A stretch of 64,000 nucleotides of DNA from Verrucomicrobiota bacterium (GCA_047947115.1 CP170459.1:3200001-3264000), one strand, 5' to 3'. Shown: positions 41,233-51,995, numbered from the stretch's first letter. Numbers and translations are program-made. Notes: a model not told the origin generated them from the letters alone.

Positions 41233-42708
41233 ATGAAAAAGCACATCACCCAGCGCTTGTGTTCCAGGAGGCATTTTCTTGCTTCCTCGGCGTTTTCCTT
41301 GAGCACGGTAGCCACGCCTTGGTTGTTGAGGCAGGATGGCCTGCTGGCGGCTGAAAAAAAAGCCCTGGCCAAACCCGTGACGCCTCCGGAATCGTTTGAC
41401 CTTCTCCCCAAACAACCCATTGGACCTCCAAGGGCGAAGGCCATGATTTCCATGTTCATGCTGGGAGGGCCGAGTCAGATTGATTTGTTTGATCCCAAGC
41501 CGGAGCTTTACAAATGGCACGGCAAAAACTTTGAGGGCGACATCAAATTTGACAATGCTGCCCAGGCCAGTCGTGAGATCATGGCACCCTTGTGGAAATT
41601 CAAGGCGCATGGTCAATGTGGCATGGAGTTGTCGGAATTGGTTCCGCATCTGGGAAGCATTGCCGATGAAATCACCCTGATTCGCTCGATGCACACCGGA
41701 GTGAACAATCATCTTCCTTCCAATTATGCCATGAACACCGGACAACATCGGGGTGGACGAGCGGTGTTGGGGAGTTGGTTGTTGAATGCTCTGGGCAGCG
41801 AGACCCAGGAATTGCCGGCCTATGTTGCCTTGACCGATCCAAGGGGACTTCCTCTGTTGGGCGGGGAGAACTGGAGCAATGGCCCGCTGCCCTCGATATT
41901 TCAAGGAACATTGGTGCGGCCCACCAACCCGCGCATATTCAATCTGGAAGCTCCCCAACATCTTCGTGGTGACGTGCAAAAAGCTCAATTGAAATTGTTG
42001 CATGAACTCAACCGCAGGCATCTGGAAGAACACCCGGGCGAAAACGACCTGCAGGCACGCATGGCCAGCTACGGGCTCGCCGCGCGCATGCAATCCGCAG
42101 CCAAGGAGGCTTTTGACATTTCCGGTGAATCCGAGACCACTCGAAAAATGTACGGGATTGATCAGGAAGTCACCAGAGACTATGGAACGCGATGCCTGAT
42201 TGCACGACGTTTGGTGGAGCGCGGGGTGCGGTTTGTTCAAATTCTTTGCAATGGTCAGATTTGGGATCACCATGGTTCCATCAAAACCGACTTGCCACAA
42301 CGGTGTGCTGAAATTGATCAACCTGCTGCCGCGCTGGTCAAGGATCTGAAACAACGCGGTCTGCTTGATTCTACCTTGGTTCATTGGGGAGGAGAGATGG
42401 GGCGCCTTCCCGTGATCCAGTTCCGTGAAGGTTTGGATAAACGCGACAAGGTCGGGCGTGATCACAATACCTACGGATTCAGTATGTGGGTTGCGGGTGG
42501 CGGCATGAAGAAGGGGTATGTGCACGGCCAGACCGATGAGTTTTCGCACTATGCTGTGGACGGAATCGTACATCATTATGATTGGTTGGCAACGGTGCTT
42601 CATTTGTTCGGGTTGAACCATCAGGAGTTGGTCTATCAAAATGGTCCACGTAAGTATCAATTGGTGGAACAACCTGAGGCCAGGATCGTTCGGGAGTTAT
42701 TGGGATGA
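41233..42708 (+). CDS. DUF1501 domain protein with Tat-like SRRHFL N-terminus
   Basis: FMLGGPSQIDLFDPKP, CLIARRLVERGVRFVQ, WDHH, WGGEMGRLP, GRDHN. Confidence 0.92.
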   Translation: MKKHITQRLCSRRHFLASSAFSLSTVATPWLLRQDGLLAAEKKALAKPVTPPESFDLLPKQPIGPPRAKAMISMFMLGGPSQIDLFDPKPELYKWHGKNFEGDIKFDNAAQASREIMAPLWKFKAHGQCGMELSELVPHLGSIADEITLIRSMHTGVNNHLPSNYAMNTGQHRGGRAVLGSWLLNALGSETQELPAYVALTDPRGLPLLGGENWSNGPLPSIFQGTLVRPTNPRIFNLEAPQHLRGDVQKAQLKLLHELNRRHLEEHPGENDLQARMASYGLAARMQSAAKEAFDISGESETTRKMYGIDQEVTRDYGTRCLIARRLVERGVRFVQILCNGQIWDHHGSIKTDLPQRCAEIDQPAAALVKDLKQRGLLDSTLVHWGGEMGRLPVIQFREGLDKRDKVGRDHNTYGFSMWVAGGGMKKGYVHGQTDEFSHYAVDGIVHHYDWLATVLHLFGLNHQELVYQNGPRKYQLVEQPEARIVRELLG

Positions 42709-45029
42709 CACTATTATTGACACGTTTTTTTTACATGGGAGATGGGCCTTCATTGCTTCGGGGTTCAAAAGGTTATTCGATATGCTTGGGTGTCTTACTA
42801 TCGATTGTTTCGATGGGTTGTCCGCCTGTTTACGCTGAACCTTTTTCTCCAGGATTAGTTCAGACAGATGGACTCGCATCGCACGTGCGTGGAAAAGTAT
42901 GGATCGATGCGCTTGGCTGTGAGGCCTGTCACGATGATGGATCACTTGATAAGCCTCAGGAATTTGGACCTGATTTAACCCATGTTGGCGATCGGGTGCG
43001 TCCGGAGTGGTTGGTGTCCTATTTGTCTGATCCGCACACGTTCAAACCAGGCACACTGATGCCCGATCTGGTTGCTGCTTTGCCATCCAATGAAAGAACG
43101 GAAACGGTAGAGGCGTTGGTTCATTTTCTGATGGCTCAGAAAGCTGCGGATGAGCAGTCAGTAAAGCAAACAAGCGGATCGGTCGAGAACGGGCAGCGGT
43201 TGTTTCATTCCATCGGTTGTTTTGCATGCCACCCTTATGGGGAGGATTTGAAATCTTCCGGTTGGCTTGAAAACCTGCAATCCAAGTACACACCAGACGG
43301 ATTGGTGTCATTCCTGAAAGATCCTCTCAGTGTGCATCCCAACGGGATCATGCCCGACCTGGGCCTGTCGCATGATGAAGCATCGGATCTGGCCTCTTTC
43401 CTGATGGGGCAAAGTTCATCAGCCAAAAGTTCATTTCAGTTAATCAACAACAAGATTGAACGTGGACAGAGTTTGTTTGGCGGGCTTGGCTGTGTTCAGT
43501 GCCACTCAGCATTGACAACGCGAAGGCTTGGAGCCGGCAACAAAGCGAAGTTGACGGCTCCAAGCCTTCGCGTTGTCAACCCTTCGAAAGGATGTCTTTC
43601 CCATGAAGAAGGTTCCTGGCCGGATTATGATTTATCAGATCTACAGATACGGGATATCACAGCGGCTTTCGATTCTCTGGAGCACTTGTCGGAATCGGAA
43701 CTGATTCAATCCCATCTGGTGCGATTCAATTGTATCGCCTGTCATGAACGGGAAGGGGTGGGAGGCGTCAGTGAATCACTGGATGCCTTGTTCACAGTCA
43801 CCGACCTCAATCTCGGTGAGCAGGGAAGGGTGCCGCCTTCTCTGAATGGTGTCGGAGCCAAGTTGAATCCGGTGTGGTTGCGCAAGGTGCTGGTCCAAGG
43901 CGCCGTTGCTCGGCCTTATCTCAATGTGCGGATGCCGCGTTTTGGCTCAGCGGTGGCGGATCTTGTGGTGGGTTTGTTTGTGCATGCAGATGTATTGCCT
44001 CCTGTGGGTGTCATTGAAATGCCCAATCAAAATGACAGTCGGCGCGCGGGACGTGATCTGGCGGGTGTCGATGGGATGGCGTGTATCACCTGTCACACTT
44101 TCAAAGGAACCAAAACCGGCGCAATGGGAGCGATGGATTTAACCTTGCCCGGGCAGCGGCTGACGCGCGATTGGTTTCATCATTACATGCTCCAGCCCCA
44201 ACGATTCCGTCCGGGCACTTTGATGCCGGACTTCTGGCCTGAAGGACATTCTTCCAAACCGGACATCCTGGAAGGGAATGCCTCTCAACAAATCGAAGCC
44301 TTATGGGTGTTTCTTTCCGATGGATTCAGCATTGATACGCCCAAGGGGGTTCATCGAGAACCCATGCGATTGTTGGCCACGGACGCCGAGGCTGTGATGT
44401 TGCGTCGTTCCTATCCGGGCATCGGTAAACGCGGTATTGGTGTCGGTTACCCAAAAGGAGTCAATTTGGTGTTCAATGCTGAACAACTTTGTCTGGCCAT
44501 GATTTGGAAAGGTGAATTTGCTGATCCAGCCGGCGTTTGGCTGAGTCAGGGGCACGGCAATGTGCGCCCCATGGCACGCCAACAAATTCGGTTTCCCAAC
44601 ACGCCGCAGGTGCAGTTGCTTCAAGATGCCCTTTCCCCCTGGCCTGATTCAGGCGAACGTTCGGCTGTCCACGCTTTCAAAGGGTATCGGCTGGATTCCC
44701 AACGGCGACCGACCTTTTTATATGAAGTTGAGGGCGTCCTGTTTGAAGACACGTTTCGCGATGAGACCAAAGGTGATTCCGTATGGCTTCGCCGGGAAAT
44801 CAAAACCAACACATTCGAAAACGCCGGATCCTACATCATTCGAGCAGCCCTCGGTGAGGCGATCATCGATCAGGGAGATGGTCGTTTCCGCGTGGATAAG
44901 GATTTGACTATCGAAGTGCCGGAAGGAGCCGAAGCATGGGTGGTGAACGGAAACGAAGGTCAGGAACTGCGCGTTCGAATACCGGATAGTGGAGATGGCA
45001 AAGCATTGAATCTGAATTATGGATTTTAA
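42705..45029 (+). CDS. pentaheme c-type cytochrome
   Basis: Five CxxCH motifs (CEACH, CFACH, CVQCH, CIACH, CITCH) and four distal MP motifs; signal/anchor; ATGA overlap with DUF1501. Confidence 0.88.
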   Translation: MTLLLTRFFYMGDGPSLLRGSKGYSICLGVLLSIVSMGCPPVYAEPFSPGLVQTDGLASHVRGKVWIDALGCEACHDDGSLDKPQEFGPDLTHVGDRVRPEWLVSYLSDPHTFKPGTLMPDLVAALPSNERTETVEALVHFLMAQKAADEQSVKQTSGSVENGQRLFHSIGCFACHPYGEDLKSSGWLENLQSKYTPDGLVSFLKDPLSVHPNGIMPDLGLSHDEASDLASFLMGQSSSAKSSFQLINNKIERGQSLFGGLGCVQCHSALTTRRLGAGNKAKLTAPSLRVVNPSKGCLSHEEGSWPDYDLSDLQIRDITAAFDSLEHLSESELIQSHLVRFNCIACHEREGVGGVSESLDALFTVTDLNLGEQGRVPPSLNGVGAKLNPVWLRKVLVQGAVARPYLNVRMPRFGSAVADLVVGLFVHADVLPPVGVIEMPNQNDSRRAGRDLAGVDGMACITCHTFKGTKTGAMGAMDLTLPGQRLTRDWFHHYMLQPQRFRPGTLMPDFWPEGHSSKPDILEGNASQQIEALWVFLSDGFSIDTPKGVHREPMRLLATDAEAVMLRRSYPGIGKRGIGVGYPKGVNLVFNAEQLCLAMIWKGEFADPAGVWLSQGHGNVRPMARQQIRFPNTPQVQLLQDALSPWPDSGERSAVHAFKGYRLDSQRRPTFLYEVEGVLFEDTFRDETKGDSVWLRREIKTNTFENAGSYIIRAALGEAIIDQGDGRFRVDKDLTIEVPEGAEAWVVNGNEGQELRVRIPDSGDGKALNLNYGF

Positions 45030-46536
45030 AAAGACGATAGCTTTTCGAAAGACCGTTTGCTGGATGGTTGTGGGGTGTGGATGTCTGGCTGCGCAGGTGC
45101 AGGCGGAGAAATTGGCGAGTTTTTGGGGCACTTCCGAACAGGAATCGCCTTACTACCGGATTGTGGATGTGCCGGTGCCGGATGAGATTGTGCTTGAGGC
45201 CGGCAGCTTTGATTTACTTCCGGATGGGCGTTTGGGGATAGGCACCCGGCGGGGTGATATTTACCTCGTGGAAGGCGCTTTCGATGATCCGCCCAATCCT
45301 CGGTATCATCGGTTTGCGAGTGGACTGGATGAAGTCACCAGCCTGTCCTGGCACAATGGTTCTTTCTACATCACTCAACAAACCGAAGTGACCAAAGTTA
45401 CCGACCTGAATGGTGACGAGCGGGCTGACGAATTTTTGACCTTGAGTGACGTCTGGGGTTTTGCGAACTACCACGAATTTGGATTCGGTTCCAAAGTGGA
45501 TCCCGATGGAAATATTTGGGTCGCCCTTTGCCTGTCCAGATCCTATGAGTCGCTGGTTCCATTCCGCGGCTGGTCATTGAAAGTATCCATTGATGGAGAA
45601 ACATCACCCGTTGCCAGCGGTATTCGAAGTCCTTGTGGCGTGGGCCCCAATGCTCAAGGAGTCATGTTTTATGCCGAAAGTCAGGGACCCTGGAATGGTT
45701 CGTGTTCCTTGAAACAACTAAAACAGGGAGGGTTCATGGGACATCCGGTCAGCTTCAACTGGTATGATCTGGCTCCCGAAATGGGGCCGGCTCCGGTGGA
45801 ACCCTATACCCGATCAAGAATGGAAATGGAACGTGAACGCGTCAAAGAGCTGGTTCCTTATGCGGTGGTGTTTCCCTATCGACGCATGGGACAGCAGTTG
45901 TCCGGTTTTTCACTGGACACCACCAAGGGTGCTTTTGGGCCTTTTGATGATCAAATTTTCATCGGGGACTATACACTGAGTATTTTGATGCGGGCCACCA
46001 CCGAAGAAGTCAACGGCGTCTGGCAGGGGGCCTGCTATCCATTTCGGGAAGGATTTGCGACCGGTTTGCTGGCGAATCAGTTTACGCCCAAAGGACAATT
46101 GATTGTTGGCGGAACCAACCGTGGTTGGCCCGTGCGCGGCCCCAAACCATTTGCCTTGGAACGCGTCGAATGGACGGGTGAAACGCCTTTTGAAATCAAG
46201 GAAATCAACGCCAGACCGGATGGGTTTCTGGTGACTTTCACCAAGCCGGTAGATGCGGATTCCGCAGACACTGCTGAAACATTCCAACTCGAGACCTTCA
46301 CGCATGTTTACCAACAGGGATATGGCAGTCCCGAAGTGGATCAAACCAACCCCAAGGTCACATCCGTTACCCTGTCTTCCGACAAAACCAGCGCGCTCCT
46401 TTCGGTGAGCGGTTTGGTCAAAGGACACGTGCATTCATTTGATTTATCCAACCTCAAGTCCGCAGATGGAGAAGCGCTGGTGCATGCTCATGCCTACTAC
46501 ACACTAAACGAAATTCCAGAGCACACTCACAGGTAG
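45019..46536 (+). CDS. secreted beta-propeller protein (sugar-dehydrogenase-like) with C-terminal beta domain
   Basis: Signal peptide; LPDGRLGIGTRRGDIY, DLNGDERAD, NYHEF.FG, ASGIRSPCG, ESQGPW, VWQGACYPF, YGSPE. Confidence 0.7.
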   Translation: MDFKKTIAFRKTVCWMVVGCGCLAAQVQAEKLASFWGTSEQESPYYRIVDVPVPDEIVLEAGSFDLLPDGRLGIGTRRGDIYLVEGAFDDPPNPRYHRFASGLDEVTSLSWHNGSFYITQQTEVTKVTDLNGDERADEFLTLSDVWGFANYHEFGFGSKVDPDGNIWVALCLSRSYESLVPFRGWSLKVSIDGETSPVASGIRSPCGVGPNAQGVMFYAESQGPWNGSCSLKQLKQGGFMGHPVSFNWYDLAPEMGPAPVEPYTRSRMEMERERVKELVPYAVVFPYRRMGQQLSGFSLDTTKGAFGPFDDQIFIGDYTLSILMRATTEEVNGVWQGACYPFREGFATGLLANQFTPKGQLIVGGTNRGWPVRGPKPFALERVEWTGETPFEIKEINARPDGFLVTFTKPVDADSADTAETFQLETFTHVYQQGYGSPEVDQTNPKVTSVTLSSDKTSALLSVSGLVKGHVHSFDLSNLKSADGEALVHAHAYYTLNEIPEHTHR

Positions 46537-46678
46537 ATCCGAATGTTTCGTTCCGCCCGCGGACGAAGCGTGCGGGCGTGAGAAGATCGAATGCCGGAGA
46601 TTTGCAAAACCTTTGGCAAACGAGCCCACGGAGAGATGACGCTTCGGGCTTGGCCAAAGCGCGTCCTCTCAACTCATG

Positions 46679-46706
46679 AAAAAGGGCACACCTTGGTGTG
46701 CCCTTC
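46679..46706. terminator. hairpin terminator between convergent genes
   Basis: AAGGGCACACC-TT-GGTGTGCCCTT with an A-tract on the left (T-tract on the minus strand). Confidence 0.75.
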
Positions 46707-46727
46707 GTTGCTTGATAGATCGTGAAA

Positions 46728-49376
46728 TCAGTTTTTAAACACGGCGTCTGTCTTGTCGCCTCCGCTCAGGATGTAGGCACAAAGGTCCAGGATTTCCTCC
46801 TTGGTCAACGCTGCCAACAATCCCTGCGGCATGGGGGAGACATCGGAAACCTCGATGCTGGATACCTTTCTGCGGTCAATGTTGGTGCGTTGGTTTGGAT
46901 TGGTCAAGTCGGTGTTGATCGAGACTGAATCCCCGTTCAGATTGACCACTATGCCCGTTACAGTGTCACCATCTTCCATGGTTACCACAATCGGGACAAA
47001 TTGATCGCTGATGACTTTGCTCGGGTTCAGAATGTTATCGAGCAGATCGTGCGGATTAAACTTGCCGGCCGCGGCGGTGAGATCAGGTCCGTTCATGCCG
47101 CCCGCATTGCCGAATCGGTGACAGGCAAAACAGGCTGCTGCGGAAAACATTTTACGTCCGTTTTCAAAATTACGATGCTTGAGTCCGGTTTTTGTCGCGG
47201 CGCTGAGTTCTTCCAGCGTCCACATTTTAGGGGTGCGTCCCGCAAACATTTCGCCGAGGTTTTCGATCACGGATTTTTGTTCCGGTTCCCGGGCGATCAA
47301 CTCGGCGTGTTCTTTCAACTCTGCTTCGGTGAAGGTGGCCAGGCTGTCCTGTTTGATGAAACTGATGAACCGTTCGAAGCTGGCGCCTCCTCGATAGTTG
47401 GCTGCTTTGAGAAACCATTCCAATTGTTGTTTCCTCAGTTCGGAGGTCCAGCCGGTCTTCAGGAAACGCAGGCTTCGTGCATATTGCATCTGGGGTTCCT
47501 GGCTTTCTGCTTCCGCGATCAGGGCCATTCCTTTTGCTGCTGTGTTTGGGGACTGGAGGTATGCGAGTGTCTCGCAAAGGAGCCAGTTCAATTCAAAGGT
47601 GGCAGCCGGAAATGCCGGATCGAGTTTGGCAATAATGGCGTTGACCTTGTCCTGAGATGGTTCATCAAAACGGATCAGCATTATCTGCATTGTGCGGACA
47701 TAATCCATTTTTTCCGTTTGGGATAGTGCGTTGAAGTTCAAATCCAGCAGCGAATTCAACAGCTTGTTGCGCATGCCGGTGTCCACGGTGTAACCGGTTT
47801 CAGGTCGATGACTCGGGCTGACTCCGGTTGTTCGCGCCAGGGCCAGCAGCGCAGGGATCCTCTTGCCGGCGGTAGGTTCTGATAAAGCTTTTGAAGCCCA
47901 TCGATCGACGGGCTGATGTTCAAGGACGACTCTTGCGGCAGCTCGGATGAATCGGTCGGCGTGATCCAGATGCGGCCACGCGGCGTCGATGGCTTTTGAA
48001 TCTTGTTTTCCATGATATGCCTCCAGTGAATGCCGCAGTTTTCTCAATGGCGTGATGTGCGGAGTCATGTCCGCCGGAGTCGTGTTTTCTTTCCCTGTGT
48101 AGCGGACACGGTAGAGGCCGGACTGAACCCGGCGACCGCCGATTGCAAAATACATGGCGCCATCCCTGGGGTGGATGATGACATCGGTGACGGGCAACGG
48201 GGCTCCGGTCACAAATTCTTCCTTGGTTCCTTTATAGCTTGCCCCGTCCTCTTCAAGGTGCACGGCGTAAATTTTACCCCAGCTCCAGTCGAGAATGTAA
48301 AACGCTTCCTGATACTTTCGAGGGAATTTGGCTCCATAACCGAATCGAGTCCCCGTCGGAGAACCCGGTCCGATGTTGATCGGGGCAGGCAGGGTTTCGG
48401 CATAGAAGTCAGGGTATTTGCCTGCGCCATTGCGCCATCCGAATTCTGCGCCGCTGACCACATGATTCACGCGTGTCGGACGATACCAGGGAGTGTTGAA
48501 ATCGTACTCCATGTCGGCGTCATACGCGAAAAGTTCACCGTCTTTGTTGATACCTCCGCCATAGATGTTGCGGAAACCGGATGCGTAGATTTCGAACTCT
48601 TTGCCGTCTCTCGACACGCGGTACACGATTCCGCCCGGAGCAAGCACGTCCCGGTTGTGTCCCCGTCCATCTGGCATGCGTGAAAGCAGATGATCGTCGC
48701 CCCATATTTTGGCCACTGGGGATTGATCCGATGTGGCTTCTTTATATCCGGGTGAAATGATCGCGTTGTTGCCCGTGATCAGATAGAAGTATTTTCCATC
48801 GGGTGTGGGAAGAACGGCATGCACGCCATGATCCCCACGTGATTCGAAAGCCTGAAGCAGATCCGCTTTATCGAGTTCGCCGTCTCCATCCGAATCGGTG
48901 ATACGGTAAAGACCGCTTTGTATTTTGCGTTCGTAATCATTGACACCGGCGTAGAGCACGTCGTCGACAAAAATCATGCCGTTAATGGCGCGAATGTCTA
49001 CCGGGACTTTTTGGATGTCTTCTCGAGAGAGCGTTTTCCCCGGGGCAGGTGTGTCGAATCTGTAAAGAGCGCCATATTGATCGCTGGCATAGATGGTGCC
49101 TCTGCTGTTGGCTGCCAATGCCACCCACGAACCCAAATCGCTGTTGGGGACGGAATAAAGCAGTTCGACCTCAAAGCCGGGAAGGACCTTGATCCGATCC
49201 ACGGGAGTGGCCTTGTTTTCTCCAATGGCTGCGCCTCGGTTCGGGTCGGGACCTCTGCCTCTTTGGGCGTTCACGGGGAGACTTGCCAGAACGGCTGCCG
49301 CAATCGTTGTCAGCATCCGGAGACGAAGCATTCCGGAACGTACGCGTGGATGATGTTCTTTTCGCATGACGATCAA
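46728..49376 (-). CDS. PVC-type heme-binding protein (beta-propeller + HEAT + CxxCH)
   Basis: PGFEVELLYSVP..GSWV, GDHGVH, SGFRN, YDADMEYD..PWYRPTR, GPGSPTG; CFACHRF..GPDLT..SPMPQGL; start uncertain. Confidence 0.85.
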   Translation of the reverse strand: MIVMRKEHHPRVRSGMLRLRMLTTIAAAVLASLPVNAQRGRGPDPNRGAAIGENKATPVDRIKVLPGFEVELLYSVPNSDLGSWVALAANSRGTIYASDQYGALYRFDTPAPGKTLSREDIQKVPVDIRAINGMIFVDDVLYAGVNDYERKIQSGLYRITDSDGDGELDKADLLQAFESRGDHGVHAVLPTPDGKYFYLITGNNAIISPGYKEATSDQSPVAKIWGDDHLLSRMPDGRGHNRDVLAPGGIVYRVSRDGKEFEIYASGFRNIYGGGINKDGELFAYDADMEYDFNTPWYRPTRVNHVVSGAEFGWRNGAGKYPDFYAETLPAPINIGPGSPTGTRFGYGAKFPRKYQEAFYILDWSWGKIYAVHLEEDGASYKGTKEEFVTGAPLPVTDVIIHPRDGAMYFAIGGRRVQSGLYRVRYTGKENTTPADMTPHITPLRKLRHSLEAYHGKQDSKAIDAAWPHLDHADRFIRAAARVVLEHQPVDRWASKALSEPTAGKRIPALLALARTTGVSPSHRPETGYTVDTGMRNKLLNSLLDLNFNALSQTEKMDYVRTMQIMLIRFDEPSQDKVNAIIAKLDPAFPAATFELNWLLCETLAYLQSPNTAAKGMALIAEAESQEPQMQYARSLRFLKTGWTSELRKQQLEWFLKAANYRGGASFERFISFIKQDSLATFTEAELKEHAELIAREPEQKSVIENLGEMFAGRTPKMWTLEELSAATKTGLKHRNFENGRKMFSAAACFACHRFGNAGGMNGPDLTAAAGKFNPHDLLDNILNPSKVISDQFVPIVVTMEDGDTVTGIVVNLNGDSVSINTDLTNPNQRTNIDRRKVSSIEVSDVSPMPQGLLAALTKEEILDLCAYILSGGDKTDAVFKN

Positions 49377-49501
49377 TGATTATATTTCAAGGAATTGGTT
49401 GCGGGAATCATCACGTTCGTTGCGGAAGAATTCAACACTCAATTCAAAAAGGTGGTAAAATCAACCTTCGGAGTATAGTCTTTCCCAAAGATTCAGATAC
49501 G

Positions 49502-50417
49502 ATGCAGTCCTTTAAATTCATTTGTCCAGATTGCGGCGCACACATCGAGGATGAGCCTTCTTCAGTCGGATGCCTGATTGAATGTCCCCAATGCTCGGAA
49601 GAACTCGTAGTTCCTGCCTATAATCCATCAGCCATGTCCATGCCGATTGCCAAACATTCCAGGCATTTTCCGGCACATGCGCGTCATGAAGAACAGGCAA
49701 ATGCGGATACGCGCCAGGCCCCCCCCCTCAAAACATGAGAAGGCGGTTTCCTCAACATCCTTGAACTACGTAGAGCAGGATGTACCTGCTGTTCCCGACC
49801 ATGAAGGGAAAGTGGCTCATGTGGGTGTGCTGACTCCAGCTGTAAAGTTGGATGTGGTCAGGTGGGCTTTTCGAAGAATTGAAAATTCTGCGGTATGGTT
49901 GCCTCATGAACGCAATGGGCATCATTACATTTATGCTCAACGCAGGAATGCGAACGGATATGAACCGGTGAGTTACGATCACCCCGAAGCGCGGAGGTAT
50001 TCATTGTTGGGCGCCGTCTTGCTGGAGCTGAAGATACAACATGCTTCCGTTACAGCTGAAGGTCGTGAGGCGTTTCTGGATCACGAAATTGTGGCTGCTG
50101 CCGAGAAGGTGCTGGCAGAGGTGTCCGAGAAGGTCGGAGAAGGTGAAGACCCTTTGTCGAAACTGGATCACGCCCAAACCTTGTCCGCATTACGCTTGTT
50201 GGAAAGTAAATACCTGGCTGATTGCGAACATTTGGATGATTTGGTAGAATCTGCACGGATTCCCGGAGTGACCATGACGGAGCTGATCCGGCGGGCGGAA
50301 AAAGGTGGACTGGTCACCAGTAACGAAGTGCTCAGTGTGCTCTACCATGAAGTGCATCTTTTAAATCGACGCGTGGAAGAACTGGAAGATGTCATCAAGA
50401 CTCGGTCGCTCCAATGA
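49502..50417 (+). pseudogene. zinc-ribbon-containing protein frameshifted at a C9 homopolymer
   Basis: ORF1 (CPDC..CPQC) stops at 49738; ORF2 continues in the +1 frame; C9 at 49719-49727, and C8 would give one 304-aa ORF. Confidence 0.7.
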
Positions 50418-50476
50418 CCTTGTTTCCTGAACGAATTCAGGTGTTGGTTCCTGTCTCCCTGTTCTTTACAGACCAT

Positions 50477-51976
50477 TCAGGATGCAAACGCCTCCATGAA
50501 TCTGGCCAGCAGAGTTCCGGGAAACACTCCCAGCAGTATGGTGATGAGTGCCGTGGTAATGATCAGACTGATCTGGTAGCCATTGGCTTCAATGGTTCCG
50601 GTTTGGGTGGCGTCTTTGCAGAACGCTGCCTTCAACATGCCCAGATAGTAATACAGTGAGACGGCACTGGCTCCCAATGCCAAGGCAACCAGCAGAATTA
50701 AACCGAGCGGATTTCCCGAGGTTTTCAGCGCCGAGATAAACAAATTGAATTTTCCCAGGAACCCGATCAATGGGGGAATGCCGGCCATGGACAGAACCAA
50801 CAGCATGAAACAAGCCGCCAACCAGGGAGATCGATGGCGCAAACCTTCCAGTGCCCGCCAATCGGATGCCTGCCCATTCTGGCTCAGTACGTGCAACAAT
50901 CCGAACACGCCAATAATCGAAACCCCGTAGGTGATCATGTAAAACGCCGCCGAAGCGGGACCGCTTGATGATGGTGACAGGATGCCCAGCAAGGCGTAAC
51001 CCGAATGAGCCACGGCGGAATAGGCCAACAACCTTCTGATGTTGGATTGTTTCAGCGCTGCGAGATTGCCGATGATCATCGACAAACAGGCCGGTAATCC
51101 AAGGACGACCATCCATCCGGCACTCCAATGCCATCCATGGATCGAGCCTTCAAATCCACCAAATCCGCCCCATAAGAATCGGCCAAGCACGAAAAAACCA
51201 GCCACTTTGGAAGCGGAGGCGATCAAACTGGCAACTGGCGTGGGGGCCACCTGATACACATCGGGCGCCCACATGTGGAAAGGCGCGGCGGCAATCTTGA
51301 ATCCAAAACCAATCAAGGACATGACAAGCCCCATGGCCAACAGGGGATCCGTTGGCTTGCCGGTCAAGGCCACTTGAATGTCGGACAGACTGAGATATCC
51401 GGTCATTCCATAGATCAAGCTGAATCCATACAGCACAAAGGCGGCCGAGACGCCTCCGATCAAAAAGTATTTGAGAGCCGTTTGAGTGGCCACAGGTTTT
51501 GATTTTTCAAAACCTGTCAGGATATACAGAGAAAGCGCCGTCAACTCCAGGGCCACAAAAATCATCAGCAGATGATCGGCTCCCACCAGCAAGAACATGC
51601 CTACCATGGCAAGCAGCAGCAAGGCATGGAATTCGCCCTGATGTGGGAAGGGGCGTTGATTGCCCATGTGCAGCCAGATGGAAGCAGCCCCAAGCGCTGC
51701 GATACCGAGTTTGACCATACGGCAGGCGTCATTGGTATAAAAAAGACCTCCCAGCATGTCGCCCGCAGGTTGGTTGAACAGAAGCACTCCACTGGCAAGG
51801 CCAAGGCCCAGTATGGACAACCAACTCAAAGTCCTGCTTAAGCGCAATGCTTCCATACGTCCGTTGAAAGCAAACGAAACGGCCAGTGCGACCAGCGCTG
51901 TGACCACCAGAATACATTCCGGCGCCGTGAGCTTCAGGATGTCTCCGTGGGTGGCTGCTTGTATCAACTGGTTCAT
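50477..51976 (-). CDS. nuoN: complex I subunit N
   Basis: FVALEL, KYFLIG, GFKIAAAPFHMWAPDVY, ASKVAG, RLLAYS..AHSGY, AGIPP..GF.GKF, YYY; start 51976 (MNQL). Confidence 0.95.
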   Translation of the reverse strand: MNQLIQAATHGDILKLTAPECILVVTALVALAVSFAFNGRMEALRLSRTLSWLSILGLGLASGVLLFNQPAGDMLGGLFYTNDACRMVKLGIAALGAASIWLHMGNQRPFPHQGEFHALLLLAMVGMFLLVGADHLLMIFVALELTALSLYILTGFEKSKPVATQTALKYFLIGGVSAAFVLYGFSLIYGMTGYLSLSDIQVALTGKPTDPLLAMGLVMSLIGFGFKIAAAPFHMWAPDVYQVAPTPVASLIASASKVAGFFVLGRFLWGGFGGFEGSIHGWHWSAGWMVVLGLPACLSMIIGNLAALKQSNIRRLLAYSAVAHSGYALLGILSPSSSGPASAAFYMITYGVSIIGVFGLLHVLSQNGQASDWRALEGLRHRSPWLAACFMLLVLSMAGIPPLIGFLGKFNLFISALKTSGNPLGLILLVALALGASAVSLYYYLGMLKAAFCKDATQTGTIEANGYQISLIITTALITILLGVFPGTLLARFMEAFAS

Positions 51977-51995
51977 ATTTCTATCGCTGAAATGA

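Noticed and set aside
41161..42672. 503-aa antisense ORF
   Set aside because: It is codon-aligned opposite the DUF1501 gene; its length is explained by the scarcity of TTA/CTA/TCA codons on the sense strand, and it has no recognisable motifs.
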